Assembly: GCA_043757865.1 (NCBI GenBank)
Contig: JAYVOP010000254.1
Coordinates: forward strand, 1 to 55,140
From: Verrucomicrobiales bacterium
Lineage (GTDB): Bacteria > Verrucomicrobiota > Verrucomicrobiia > Verrucomicrobiales > V1-33
Reading direction: 5' to 3'
Length of the DNA: 55,140 nucleotides
Shown here: piece by piece, positions 7,639 through 17,080 of the stretch
How the letters are laid out: each line of letters starts with the position of its first letter
How positions within the stretch are numbered: the stretch's first letter is position 1
Program-made: the position numbers and the translations under genes
Notes under the pieces: model-generated
The model's database searches: none
Told to the model about the DNA's origin: nothing
The model's input: only the letters and a program-made list of their open reading frames with translations

Positions 7639-8577
7639 GTGCCCCGTTCCCTCCTCTTCTTCTTGGTGCTGCTCCTTTGCCAATGCACGACTGTGAAAAA
7701 ATCTCCTAGCCAACTCACTCCGTCCACGTTCACCGCCACGGACGGCAAGACCATGCCCTACACCCGCTGGCCAGAGGCGGCTCAGCCCGCTCCCGCCCCG
7801 CCCCGCGCCATCTTCCTCTGCGTCCATGGGCTCAGCGGAGCAGCTAGTGATTTCTGGCCCGCTGGGGAAATGCTCTCCACGCAGCAGTGCCTCGTCTATG
7901 GCCTGCAACTCCGGGGCATGGGCAATGATCCCACCGTGTCCCAACGCGGCAACATTTCCTCTGCCCGTCGTTGGCAAAAAGACTTGCTAGAGTTCACCCA
8001 ACTCGTCCACCTCCAGCACCCCGGCGTGCCCATCTATTGGTATGGAGAAAGCCTCGGCTCACTGATCGTCATCCACTCGCTCGCCCGCCTGGAAGAAGGC
8101 TCGCAGCTCGTCGCAGGGGTCATTCTTTCCTCCCCCGTCATCGCCTTTCGCCAAGCTCTCCCGGCATGGAAATACTGGCCCATCCGCCTCGCCTGCACCC
8201 TCCTGCCTAGCAAACGCATCAGTCTGGAAAGCCTGGGCGATGCCGAGGTCAAAGTCACCAATACCGCCACCCACAAAGAACAGATGTCCCACACTGCGCA
8301 CTACGTGGAGTTCTTCACCCTGCGCCTCTTCCGAGCCGTGGAGGAAATGATCCGCCACAGCCCGCAGGCCGCCACGCAGATCCACCAGCCCACATTGGTC
8401 TTCTATACGCCGAACGATGTCTTTACCTCCGCCGCCCAAGTGGAAACTTTCTATAACCAAATGCCCGCCCTGGATAAACAGAAGGTGATCTACCCGCACA
8501 GCTACCACCTCATCCTGCATGATGTGGATCGCCCCCACGTGCTAGAGGCGCTGGAGGCTTGGCTGAAGACGCATTGA
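7639..8577 (+). CDS. Alpha/beta hydrolase (lysophospholipase/monoglyceride lipase-like), probable lipoprotein
   Basis: VHGLSG, GESLG nucleophile elbow, ND, HLILH; signal-like LLFFLVLLLCQC. Start set at GTG 7639. Confidence 0.82.
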   Translation: MPRSLLFFLVLLLCQCTTVKKSPSQLTPSTFTATDGKTMPYTRWPEAAQPAPAPPRAIFLCVHGLSGAASDFWPAGEMLSTQQCLVYGLQLRGMGNDPTVSQRGNISSARRWQKDLLEFTQLVHLQHPGVPIYWYGESLGSLIVIHSLARLEEGSQLVAGVILSSPVIAFRQALPAWKYWPIRLACTLLPSKRISLESLGDAEVKVTNTATHKEQMSHTAHYVEFFTLRLFRAVEEMIRHSPQAATQIHQPTLVFYTPNDVFTSAAQVETFYNQMPALDKQKVIYPHSYHLILHDVDRPHVLEALEAWLKTH

Positions 8578-8599
8578 AATTTGCCGTTGGAAAGGGCGA

Positions 8600-9361
8600 T
8601 TAGATCACACCGCGTTGGCTTTCTTTGATGAACTGAGCGAGGTGCGCCACGTGCGGATCCGTGGCGCTAGCTTCCAGTTCCTCCACGGCTTGGGCGCGAT
8701 TGAGCTTCCGCCGATAGATCGTTTTATAAGCCTCCTTTAAGGCCCGCAGCTCTTCTTCTGAGAAACCATGCCGTTGCAGCCCCACGAGATTCAGCCCGCG
8801 CGCCCGCGCGGGATTGCCATCCACGAGCACGAACGGGGCCACGTCTTGCACCACCTTTGTGCAGCCACCAGTAATGGCATAACGCCCCAGGCGGCAAAAT
8901 TGATGCACGGCTGTGAACCCGCCGAGGATGACATGATCTTCTACGAACACGTGACCAGCTAACGTGCCATTATTGGAAAAAATCACATGACTTCCCACGA
9001 TACAATCATGGGCAATATGCACATAGCTGAGGAAATGATTGTGACTGCCAATCTTGGTCAGGGTGCCCGGCAGGGTGCCGCGATTCACGGAGCAGAATTC
9101 CCGGAAGATGTTGCCATCGCCAATCTCGCAGAAAGTCGGCTCTGCGCTGTATTTCAAGTCCTGGCTTTGGCTGCCGATCGTGCAGTAAGGGGAAAATTGA
9201 TTCCCGGTTCCGATCTTCGTCGGTCCCGAAAGGGTCACATGGTTCTGCAATACACAGTGATCGCCTAACTCAACTCCGGCATGAATCACACAATACGGAC
9301 CGATCTCTAGATTCGTGCCTAGCTTCGCCTGCGGAGAGATGATGACGGTGGGATGGATCAT
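8600..9361 (-). CDS. lpxA: Acyl-ACP--UDP-N-acetylglucosamine O-acyltransferase
   Basis: MIHPT start, hexapeptide repeats, QDLKY, HIAHDC, LAGHV, VHQF. Confidence 0.96.
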   Translation of the reverse strand: MIHPTVIISPQAKLGTNLEIGPYCVIHAGVELGDHCVLQNHVTLSGPTKIGTGNQFSPYCTIGSQSQDLKYSAEPTFCEIGDGNIFREFCSVNRGTLPGTLTKIGSHNHFLSYVHIAHDCIVGSHVIFSNNGTLAGHVFVEDHVILGGFTAVHQFCRLGRYAITGGCTKVVQDVAPFVLVDGNPARARGLNLVGLQRHGFSEEELRALKEAYKTIYRRKLNRAQAVEELEASATDPHVAHLAQFIKESQRGVI

Positions 9362-9363
9362 CG

Positions 9364-10671
9364 TTAGCGCTCGATCAGAGTAAAGGTCAGCTCGCCTTGG
9401 GACACCGTTTCTCCATTGACCACGCAGCGACAAGTCGCACAGCCGATGTTGCGGCGGACCTTGGTGATCTCGGCTTCGATGAAGAGCACATCCCCTGGCA
9501 GGACTGGCTTGCGATACTTCACTTTATCTGCGCTCATGAAATAACCGATTTTCCCCTGATTCTCTGGCAGCCGCAGCATGAGGATGCTAGCGACCTGGGC
9601 CATGGCTTCCAGTTGGAGCACGCCGGGCATCACCGGATGGCCGGGGAAATGGCCTTGGAAGAAGGGTTCGTTGATGGAGACATTCTTCACGCCAGTACAT
9701 TTGTTCTCACCTTCAAAGCCGACGATACGATCCACCATCAGGAACGGATAACGATGCGGAAGGATCTGCATCACTTCGTTGACATCTAGCACCGCCTCAC
9801 CATGCGGGATGTTGACCGCTGGCACCATGCTTCTCATGCGGGCGTATTCGGCCTTGAGTTTGCGGGCGATTTCCGTGTTTGGGCCATGCCCAGGTTTCAC
9901 GGCTATGACGTGGCCCATGATGCGCTTTCCACAGAGCATCAAATCCCCCACCATGTCCAAAATCTTGTGCCGGGCGAACTCTTCTTTAAAGCGCATGGGG
10001 TCTTTGCTCATGATGCTTTCATCCCGGATCACCACGGCATTTTCCAAGCTCCCGCCTTTGATTAATCCTTTATCCAGCAAGGGTTTCACGTCCTCGTAGA
10101 ACACAAACGTGCGCGCTGGGGCGATCTCCTTTTCGTAAGTCTCGGGATTGATCTCCGTGGAGAAATACTGCGTCATGCGCCCATCTGGGCCTACTTGAGT
10201 GCAAGAAATGCGAAACTTTTTATCCGGCACGATGGTGATGATGCTGCCGTTAGCCGTCTCCAGATGGATCGGTTCCCGGACTTCAAAGACCATGCGCGGA
10301 GCCTCTTGTTTGACGATGCCCGCTTTCTTGATACACTCCACATACGGCAGGGAGCTGCCATCTCCGATGGGGGGCTCGTTGGCGTCCATTTCAATCAGCG
10401 CGTTATCCACGCCCATCCCAGTGAGGGCGGAGATCACGTGCTCCACGGTGTAAACTTTAACGCTGCCTTCGGAGAGCGTGGTATTCCGCTCCACCATGAG
10501 GACTTTACTGACATCCGCGTCGATAAATGGCTGGTCGTCCAGGTCCATGCGACGGAATTTGAGGCCATAGTTCGGGGGCGCTGGCTTCATGGTGAGGGTG
10601 ACTTTTTCACCCGTGTGCAATGAGGTTCCGGCTAGGCTGGCGGGCTTGGCCAAGGTTTGTTGGAATTCCAT
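9364..10671 (-). CDS. lpxC-fabZ: Bifunctional LpxC deacetylase / FabZ 3-hydroxyacyl-ACP dehydratase
   Basis: LpxC motifs TVEHVISAL, IAPARTF, RHKILD; FabZ motifs LPHRYPFLMVD, GHFPGHPVMPGVLQLEAMAQ. Confidence 0.96.
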   Translation of the reverse strand: MEFQQTLAKPASLAGTSLHTGEKVTLTMKPAPPNYGLKFRRMDLDDQPFIDADVSKVLMVERNTTLSEGSVKVYTVEHVISALTGMGVDNALIEMDANEPPIGDGSSLPYVECIKKAGIVKQEAPRMVFEVREPIHLETANGSIITIVPDKKFRISCTQVGPDGRMTQYFSTEINPETYEKEIAPARTFVFYEDVKPLLDKGLIKGGSLENAVVIRDESIMSKDPMRFKEEFARHKILDMVGDLMLCGKRIMGHVIAVKPGHGPNTEIARKLKAEYARMRSMVPAVNIPHGEAVLDVNEVMQILPHRYPFLMVDRIVGFEGENKCTGVKNVSINEPFFQGHFPGHPVMPGVLQLEAMAQVASILMLRLPENQGKIGYFMSADKVKYRKPVLPGDVLFIEAEITKVRRNIGCATCRCVVNGETVSQGELTFTLIER

Positions 10672-10892
10672 AATTTTTGAGAAAGTTCCTGGCCGCGTGC
10701 AGACTGCTGCGCCCCAGGAAGGCCGTCCGTAGAACGTGAGCGCCTGAGGGTCAAGCCACTTTTGGGTGGTGCCAATGTCCTCCTTGGTCGCTCGCCCCTC
10801 CCGCGTGAACGGCTCCTTTTCTCTTGCTTGCCGTGGAGAATTACGGCTGATACGGGCTCGCCCGATGTTGGGCGTTTTGGTTCTCTTTATCT

Positions 10893-13067
10893 ATGCGTCG
10901 TTTCTTTCCTCACTCTTTTTCGTTCGCCTGTCTGGTGGCGCTGCCTTGGCTGGCGTCGTGCCATAAGAGCGGGGGCACGCCCGCGGCGGCGGCTCCGCCT
11001 AACGTGGCGGTCTCTCCAGCGGTGGCGGTCCCGGTAATCGATACCACCGCCTTTTCCCGGCAACCTTATTTACAACTGGCCACCCCCACGGGCATGCACA
11101 TCGTGTGGCGGCAACTCACGCTGGGCACGCCCATGGTGCGCTGGGGCACGTTGGCCACGGACCTCAGCGGGGAGGCGACGCTGGATCACGGCATCATCCA
11201 GCGTCAGTTAGCGGCGGAAGGCCCCGGCTCCGCAGGCACGCAGCCGCTGCACTCCGCACCGCCGCAGACGCATCAGTTTGAGACGAGCATCACCGGACTC
11301 CAGCCGGACAGGAAATATTATTATACGATCCTTGATGGCTCCAAACCACTGACCACGGTGGGTGAGGAGTTCACCTTCCGCACGCTGCCCACGCCCGGCA
11401 CCGCTCGGCCTGGATGGTTTTGGGTGGCGGGGGATGGCGGCACGGGCGGCAGCATCCAAGCGGCGGTGCATACCGCGATGGTAAATTTTACCCAGCAGAA
11501 AAACGTCGTGTTAGACGGGTTCCTCCACGTAGGCGATATGGCCTATACCAAAGGGCTGGATTCCGAGTTCCAAGGCCGTTTCTTTGCCATGTATGGCGAG
11601 ACGATGCGCCACACGGTGTGCTGGCCAGCGATGGGAAATCACGAGGGCCTAACCTCAAAAGGCGAGGTTGGCGTGGGACCGTATTATGACAGTTTTATTT
11701 GTCCTACTCAAGGTGAGGCAGGCGGGGTGGCCAGCGGGCGGGAGGCTTACTATGCCTTCGATTTCGGGCAGATTCATTATGTGGTTTTAGACTCCTGTGG
11801 GGAATCCTTTACCAAGAAAAGCCATGGGCTCACCGCATTAGGCGAGGCGATGATGCAGTGGCTAAAGGCGGACTTAGAAAAGGCCCAGGCGCAGTGGATC
11901 ATCGCTTACTGGCACCATCCGCCTTACACCAAGGGCTCGCATGATAGTGATACAGAAGCGGACTTCGAGTCGGGCGTGATGCGGGAAAAATTTCTCCCCA
12001 TGCTAGAATCGGCGGGGGTGGATCTGGTACTCTCTGGACACTCGCATATTTATGAGCGGTCGATGTTAATTGATGGCGCTTACAGCACGCCGACGGTGGC
12101 GCGCAATGTGGTCTTTGATGATGGCGATGGTGATCCCAAGGGCGATGGCGCTTATACGAAGAGCGCTGGGCAGCATCCGCATGAGGGGTTCGTGGCCATC
12201 GTGACCGGCAATGCGGGGACGACATTAAAACGCGGCGGCACCATTCCTTTATTTAAAAAGATCATCTTAGAACATGGCTCCGTGCTCTTCCATGTGGAGG
12301 GTGAAACGCTGGACGGCCTGATGCTGAATCGGGATGGGAAGGAGCGCGATCATTTCACGATTAAGAAGTCGGGCAGTGTGGCCGCCCGGGAGCGCCTCGC
12401 CAATCCCAAGGCTGCTCCACCGATGCCGGAGGTGCGCACTGTGAAGGCCGATGGGACGGCGGGCGAGGATAAGGAAAAAGACAAAGAGAGGGACAAAGAA
12501 GTGGCCGAGAAAGACCCGAGTGCTCCCACGGATGGGAAATCCGACCAGCGCTCGAAGGTGCCAGCGCCAGAGAAATTTACCGATGTCATCAAACGTGGCG
12601 ACACGTGGAAATACTTGCTCAACATGCAGCCGCCGAACTGGAATGAGGTGGGCTTCGATGATAAAGATTGGCTCAGCGGTCCGGCGGGTTTCGGCTATGG
12701 GGATGATGATGATGCCACGACCGTGCTGGTCAAAGGCAAGGATGCCCTGCTGCGCCTCCGCCATGAGTTCACGCTGCCAGAAGGGGCGGATGTTAAAAAG
12801 CTAGGCCTGCTCGTCAGTTATGATGATGCGTTCGTGGTCTGGATCAACGGCAAGGAGGTCACGCGCAGCTTGAACATCACGGGCGTAGGTACCGCTGCTG
12901 TGGTCCACAGCCCGCATGAGGCCAATGGGATCTTTGAATATTTCCCGTTGGAAAAAGCCGCCGAGCTGATCCACCCCGGTGTGAATGTGATCGGCATTTC
13001 CGGCTATAACGATGACCTCAATAGCTCGGACTTTAGCTTGAGCCCACAGCTCATCTTGAGCAACTAG
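10893..13067 (+). CDS. Purple acid phosphatase-family metallophosphoesterase, lipoprotein, with N-terminal FN3-like and C-terminal jelly-roll domain
   Basis: Lipobox-like LASC; motifs GDGG, GDMAY, GNHE, HHPPY, GHSHIYER; C-terminal WKY...GFGYGD...YDDAFVVWINGKEV domain. Confidence 0.9.
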   Translation: MRRFFPHSFSFACLVALPWLASCHKSGGTPAAAAPPNVAVSPAVAVPVIDTTAFSRQPYLQLATPTGMHIVWRQLTLGTPMVRWGTLATDLSGEATLDHGIIQRQLAAEGPGSAGTQPLHSAPPQTHQFETSITGLQPDRKYYYTILDGSKPLTTVGEEFTFRTLPTPGTARPGWFWVAGDGGTGGSIQAAVHTAMVNFTQQKNVVLDGFLHVGDMAYTKGLDSEFQGRFFAMYGETMRHTVCWPAMGNHEGLTSKGEVGVGPYYDSFICPTQGEAGGVASGREAYYAFDFGQIHYVVLDSCGESFTKKSHGLTALGEAMMQWLKADLEKAQAQWIIAYWHHPPYTKGSHDSDTEADFESGVMREKFLPMLESAGVDLVLSGHSHIYERSMLIDGAYSTPTVARNVVFDDGDGDPKGDGAYTKSAGQHPHEGFVAIVTGNAGTTLKRGGTIPLFKKIILEHGSVLFHVEGETLDGLMLNRDGKERDHFTIKKSGSVAARERLANPKAAPPMPEVRTVKADGTAGEDKEKDKERDKEVAEKDPSAPTDGKSDQRSKVPAPEKFTDVIKRGDTWKYLLNMQPPNWNEVGFDDKDWLSGPAGFGYGDDDDATTVLVKGKDALLRLRHEFTLPEGADVKKLGLLVSYDDAFVVWINGKEVTRSLNITGVGTAAVVHSPHEANGIFEYFPLEKAAELIHPGVNVIGISGYNDDLNSSDFSLSPQLILSN

Positions 13068-13076
13068 CCGCTAGCT

Positions 13077-13976
13077 ATGCTCCGTTCTTGGCTGCTACTA
13101 CTACTCCTGCTGCCTCCTGTTTGGGCGCACCACGAGGCGGCGGTGACGATCGCTGATCTCACGGCCCAGATCACCCAGACGCCGGAGCTAGCGGAGTTAT
13201 ATTACCAACGCGGGGTGGAATACTTTAATAGCGAAGACCTCCCACGGGCCGAGGCCGACTTCCAGCGCGCGCTGGCATTGCGGCCAGATTTCTTGCCCGC
13301 CAAACGCTACCTCGCCCGACTGGCCGATCTCGCAGGCCAGCCGGAAACGGCCCTGCGCCAACTCCACGCCGCCATCCGCGAGACCCCGCCAGAATATCAA
13401 TTTCTCCTACCCGGCTGCCATCAATTGGAGGCGGAACTTTTACTAAAACTCCAACAACCCGTCCCCGCCCTAGCCGCTATTAAACTAGCCCTGGCCGCCC
13501 CCGTGCCGGACCTAGAATGCTGGCGGCTCCAGGCGCAGATCCAACGCACCCTGGGCCAACCAGACGCGGCCCTAAGCACACTGAAGACCGCCTACGATCA
13601 GAGCAAGGCCATCATCCTGCGTAATGAATGGATCGACTCCCTGATTGATCTCGCGCGCATGGACGAGGCCCTGCCCGTGATCGAATCCGAGCTGGCGCAG
13701 ACCCATTTCCGCAGTTCCTGGCTGATCCGCCGCGCCCGCCTCACGTTGGCCACGCAGCCTGCCGCCGCCCAGCAGGATCTCCAGGCGGCCATTGCGGAAC
13801 TAGTCCCACGGCTGGCCGCGCAGCCGCCACCGGGGGAGTTGCTCGCGGATCGGGGGCTGGCGTATGCGTTGTTAGGCAAAACGGCGGCGGCCCAGGCGGA
13901 TCTGGCCGCTGCGCAGAAACGCGGCGTTTCTCAGACAAGCCTCACCCGACTTCGCGCTCTCTTGGCGGCCAAATAA
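13077..13976 (+). CDS. Secreted tetratricopeptide-repeat protein
   Basis: Signal peptide ending VWA|HHE; TPR patterns (AELYYQRG...AEADFQRALALRP; LLADRGLAYALLG). Confidence 0.85.
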   Translation: MLRSWLLLLLLLPPVWAHHEAAVTIADLTAQITQTPELAELYYQRGVEYFNSEDLPRAEADFQRALALRPDFLPAKRYLARLADLAGQPETALRQLHAAIRETPPEYQFLLPGCHQLEAELLLKLQQPVPALAAIKLALAAPVPDLECWRLQAQIQRTLGQPDAALSTLKTAYDQSKAIILRNEWIDSLIDLARMDEALPVIESELAQTHFRSSWLIRRARLTLATQPAAAQQDLQAAIAELVPRLAAQPPPGELLADRGLAYALLGKTAAAQADLAAAQKRGVSQTSLTRLRALLAAK

Positions 13977-14082
13977 AAAATAGCCACGCCCTAGATTAAA
14001 TATTGCAATTTCTCTAGTCTTACCCACCCTTGCGCACCCTTTCCTAAAATTAAATCATCCCTTTCTCAGCCCCAATTTCCCC

Positions 14083-15696
14083 ATGAGCTACTCCCGCCTC
14101 CTCCTTCCTACCTTTGCGCTCGCGCTCTGCACTCCTCTGGCTAACGCCCGTTTTGTAAACCTCTCGGACCTGCCGAAGGAGAGCAAACTCCACGATGCCA
14201 TCACCAAGCTGGAGAAGGACGCGAAAGACAAAGACGCCTTAGCCGCCATCAAAAAAGCCGCTGATGCAGGGGATAAGGAAGGGCAGTTTGCCCAAGCCTT
14301 CATCATTCAATCCGGCCTGGGAGGCTTTAATCCTAAGGAAGCTAAAGACCCGAAGGCCAAGGCCAAAGAATATGTGGATCAAGCCAAAACACTCTACGCC
14401 AAAGCCGCCAAGGCAGGCTATGCCGCCGCCACGAATAACCTGGATCTTCTCGGTTTAATCACCGCCGAGACTCCGGAAGAAGCCAAAAAGGCCGTGCAGC
14501 TCATTGAAGACGCCGCCACGGGTGGCAATGGCAAATCCCGCCTAACCTATGCGGAAATGTTTCTCGAAGGAGTCGGCGTGACCAAAGACCCAGAGATGGC
14601 CGTGCGTTGGCTTCAACGCGCTTCCGACACCGAGCCTAACGAGGCCGCCTACCTCCTCGCCCGCGTAGCCGAGGCCAACAAAGATGAGCAAAGCTGCGTG
14701 GCGAACCTCATCAAAGCCAGCGACAATGGCCACGTGCCCTCCATGATCTACCTGGGCACCAAGATCCTCAACGGCCAGGGCGTGCGGGGTTCCGCTGAAG
14801 ATGCACGGAAGCTCTTCCAAAAGGCCGTGGACGCGGGCATGAATGCCGCCAAAGTGAACCTCGGCATCATCTCCGAAGTGGAAGCCGCCCAGGAAAAAGA
14901 TGAAGCTAAGAAGGCGGACCATTTCAAGAAAGCCCTCGCCCTCTATCAAGCCGCCGCAGCGGATAAAATTGCCGAAGCGTATAACAAGATCGGTTACTTT
15001 TACGAAAACGGCTTTGGCGTCAAAGCGGACCTAGCGAAGGCTGTAGAGCAGTATTTAAAAGGCGCGGAGGCTGGCCTCAGCATCTGTGATTACAACCTGG
15101 GCGTGCTCAACGAGTCCGGCAAAGGCGTGGCCAAGGCCGATGAAGCCAAAGCGCTGGAACTCTTCTACAAAGCCGCCAAGAACGGTCTGCCCGCCGCGCA
15201 ACTTGCGTTAGGCGACCGCTACCGCAATGGCAAATCCGGCCTGGAAAAAGACCCCGTGGCCGCCATGGCATGGTTTGAAAAAGCTGCCAAAGGTGGGGAC
15301 ATGTCCGCCCAACTCCAACTGGCGAACATTCTGGAAACGGGCGAGGCGGGCGGCGTGAACATCAAGTCTGCGGCGGAACTCTATCTGGATGCGGCCAAGA
15401 AAGGTGCCCCCATCGCCATGTATCAGATCGCAGACATGCTGCAGTTAGGACGCGGCGTGAAAGTAGATCTCCCCCAAGCCTACGCTTATCTAACCGCCTG
15501 CGTGAAATCCACCTCCGCCGACTCTGATCTGGGCAAAAAGGCCACCGAGCGTTTGGACAAAATGAAGAAAGACCTCAGCGCAGACGACCGCAAAGCGGGC
15601 GACGAAGCCTTCCTCAAACTCACTGGCACAGCCAATACGGACACCCCCAAGGCCGATGCTCCCAAAGCGGACGCGCCTAAGAAAACCACTAAGTAA
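14083..15696 (+). CDS. Sel1-like repeat protein, secreted
   Basis: Signal peptide; multiple A.YNLG..Y..G.GV..D...A..W..KAA repeats. Confidence 0.92.
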   Translation: MSYSRLLLPTFALALCTPLANARFVNLSDLPKESKLHDAITKLEKDAKDKDALAAIKKAADAGDKEGQFAQAFIIQSGLGGFNPKEAKDPKAKAKEYVDQAKTLYAKAAKAGYAAATNNLDLLGLITAETPEEAKKAVQLIEDAATGGNGKSRLTYAEMFLEGVGVTKDPEMAVRWLQRASDTEPNEAAYLLARVAEANKDEQSCVANLIKASDNGHVPSMIYLGTKILNGQGVRGSAEDARKLFQKAVDAGMNAAKVNLGIISEVEAAQEKDEAKKADHFKKALALYQAAAADKIAEAYNKIGYFYENGFGVKADLAKAVEQYLKGAEAGLSICDYNLGVLNESGKGVAKADEAKALELFYKAAKNGLPAAQLALGDRYRNGKSGLEKDPVAAMAWFEKAAKGGDMSAQLQLANILETGEAGGVNIKSAAELYLDAAKKGAPIAMYQIADMLQLGRGVKVDLPQAYAYLTACVKSTSADSDLGKKATERLDKMKKDLSADDRKAGDEAFLKLTGTANTDTPKADAPKADAPKKTTK

Positions 15697-15743
15697 AACC
15701 GCTTGGGATCAGACCATTTGGATCGCCACCAGCACCGCCCACC

Positions 15744-16361
15744 ATGCTCGGAATCATAGATTACGGCGGTGGTAATATCCAGAGCGTGCGCAATGCCCTC
15801 ACGGCTTGCCAAGCTGAGTTTATTGAGGTCAGCCGCCCAGAGCAGCTTGCTGAGGTTCATGCGTTAGTCTTTCCCGGCCAGGGAGCCTTTGCGGATTCCA
15901 TGGCCGCGCTCACGGCTCGTGGATTAGTAGAGCCGCTGCGGGAATGGCTGCGGGCAGATCGGCCGTTTCTGGGCATCTGCATTGGTTACCAAGTGCTCTT
16001 TGACTCTAGCGAGGAAGCCCCCGGCATCGCTGGGCTGGGTGTCTTTGGCGGCAGCGTGGTGAAATTTCCTAGCATCCCCGGCTTAAAGATCCCCCACATG
16101 GGCTGGAATACCGCAGAGGTCATGCACCCGCAGCACCCACTCTGGGCCGGGCTTGGCGCAGAGCCGTTCTTCTACTTCGTGCATTCGTATTACCCACAGC
16201 CCACGGACCCCAGCCTCATCGCCACCCGCACCACTTACGGCCCCGTGACCTTTGCCTCCAGCATCCAACGCGGAAATGTGCAGGCCACCCAGTTCCACCC
16301 GGAGAAGAGCCAGGAACATGGCTTGCGGCTCCTGGGCAACTTCATCAAGCAGTGGGCCTAG
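15744..16361 (+). CDS. hisH: Imidazole glycerol phosphate synthase glutamine amidotransferase subunit
   Basis: IIDYGGGN, PGQG, GICIG, PHMGWN, YFVHSY, QFHPEKS. Confidence 0.96.
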   Translation: MLGIIDYGGGNIQSVRNALTACQAEFIEVSRPEQLAEVHALVFPGQGAFADSMAALTARGLVEPLREWLRADRPFLGICIGYQVLFDSSEEAPGIAGLGVFGGSVVKFPSIPGLKIPHMGWNTAEVMHPQHPLWAGLGAEPFFYFVHSYYPQPTDPSLIATRTTYGPVTFASSIQRGNVQATQFHPEKSQEHGLRLLGNFIKQWA

Positions 16362-16483
16362 CACATCCAACCCCCACCGTTTCCGCGTAAATTTACTCAC
16401 CCATTTTTCGCTGGATTTTCAAATTCAAGACGCCACCGTGCGCCCCCCTGAAATTTTTACCCTTAAGCAAGAACCCCAAGATT

Positions 16484-17047
16484 ATGGCAGATACCACTCC
16501 CCCCTCCACCAAAGACACCCCCGCTAAACCCGCCTGCACCAAGCCCTGCTGGACAGACTGGACCTGGGCCGCCATCCTGCTGCGTGTCTGCGCTGGGGTG
16601 TTACTGCTCTTTTCGGGCACGGATAAATTTAAGTCTGCCACCAATCCGGCCGTTTACAGCTTGGAAAATTACTACGGCAGCGCTGCCGAACTAGCCGAAA
16701 ACAAAGTCCCCAAATTTGTTAAGATCGTCAACGTGGTATTTACGAACAGTGGTCTAGACAATGCAGACCAAGTGGGATTGAAAGCTGCCAACACCTTCGC
16801 TTGGATGTTCTATGGCTTCGGTAAAGTGCTCCCTTGGTTGATGATCGTGAGCGGTGGAATGATCCTGCTAGGATTGAAATCTCGTTTCGCCCATTTCGTC
16901 GGCGGCTTCGTTTGGATCAGCCTGATCGCTGGACAACTGATGCTGCCAGACATCGAGACCGTCGTGCGCTTGCTGGTGGTCTTTCTTGTCAGTGTCGGGG
17001 CTCTGGCCTTACAAGATCATAACCGCCTGACCATTACCAAAGGCTAA
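16484..17047 (+). CDS. DoxX-like membrane protein
   Basis: LLRV..G...FSG.DK N-terminal pattern and four hydrophobic helices. Confidence 0.65.
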   Translation: MADTTPPSTKDTPAKPACTKPCWTDWTWAAILLRVCAGVLLLFSGTDKFKSATNPAVYSLENYYGSAAELAENKVPKFVKIVNVVFTNSGLDNADQVGLKAANTFAWMFYGFGKVLPWLMIVSGGMILLGLKSRFAHFVGGFVWISLIAGQLMLPDIETVVRLLVVFLVSVGALALQDHNRLTITKG

Positions 17048-17080
17048 GCCTCAGGATTCCTTAACTCCAACGCAATCCCC

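Noticed and set aside
9364-10671. LpxC-FabZ fusion as a novelty
   Set aside because: This is a known fusion in Bacteroidota, Chlorobi and Verrucomicrobiota
15640-15690. PKADA-PKADA-PKK repeat at the end of the Sel1 protein
   Set aside because: Low-complexity protein tail; the DNA copies are diverged
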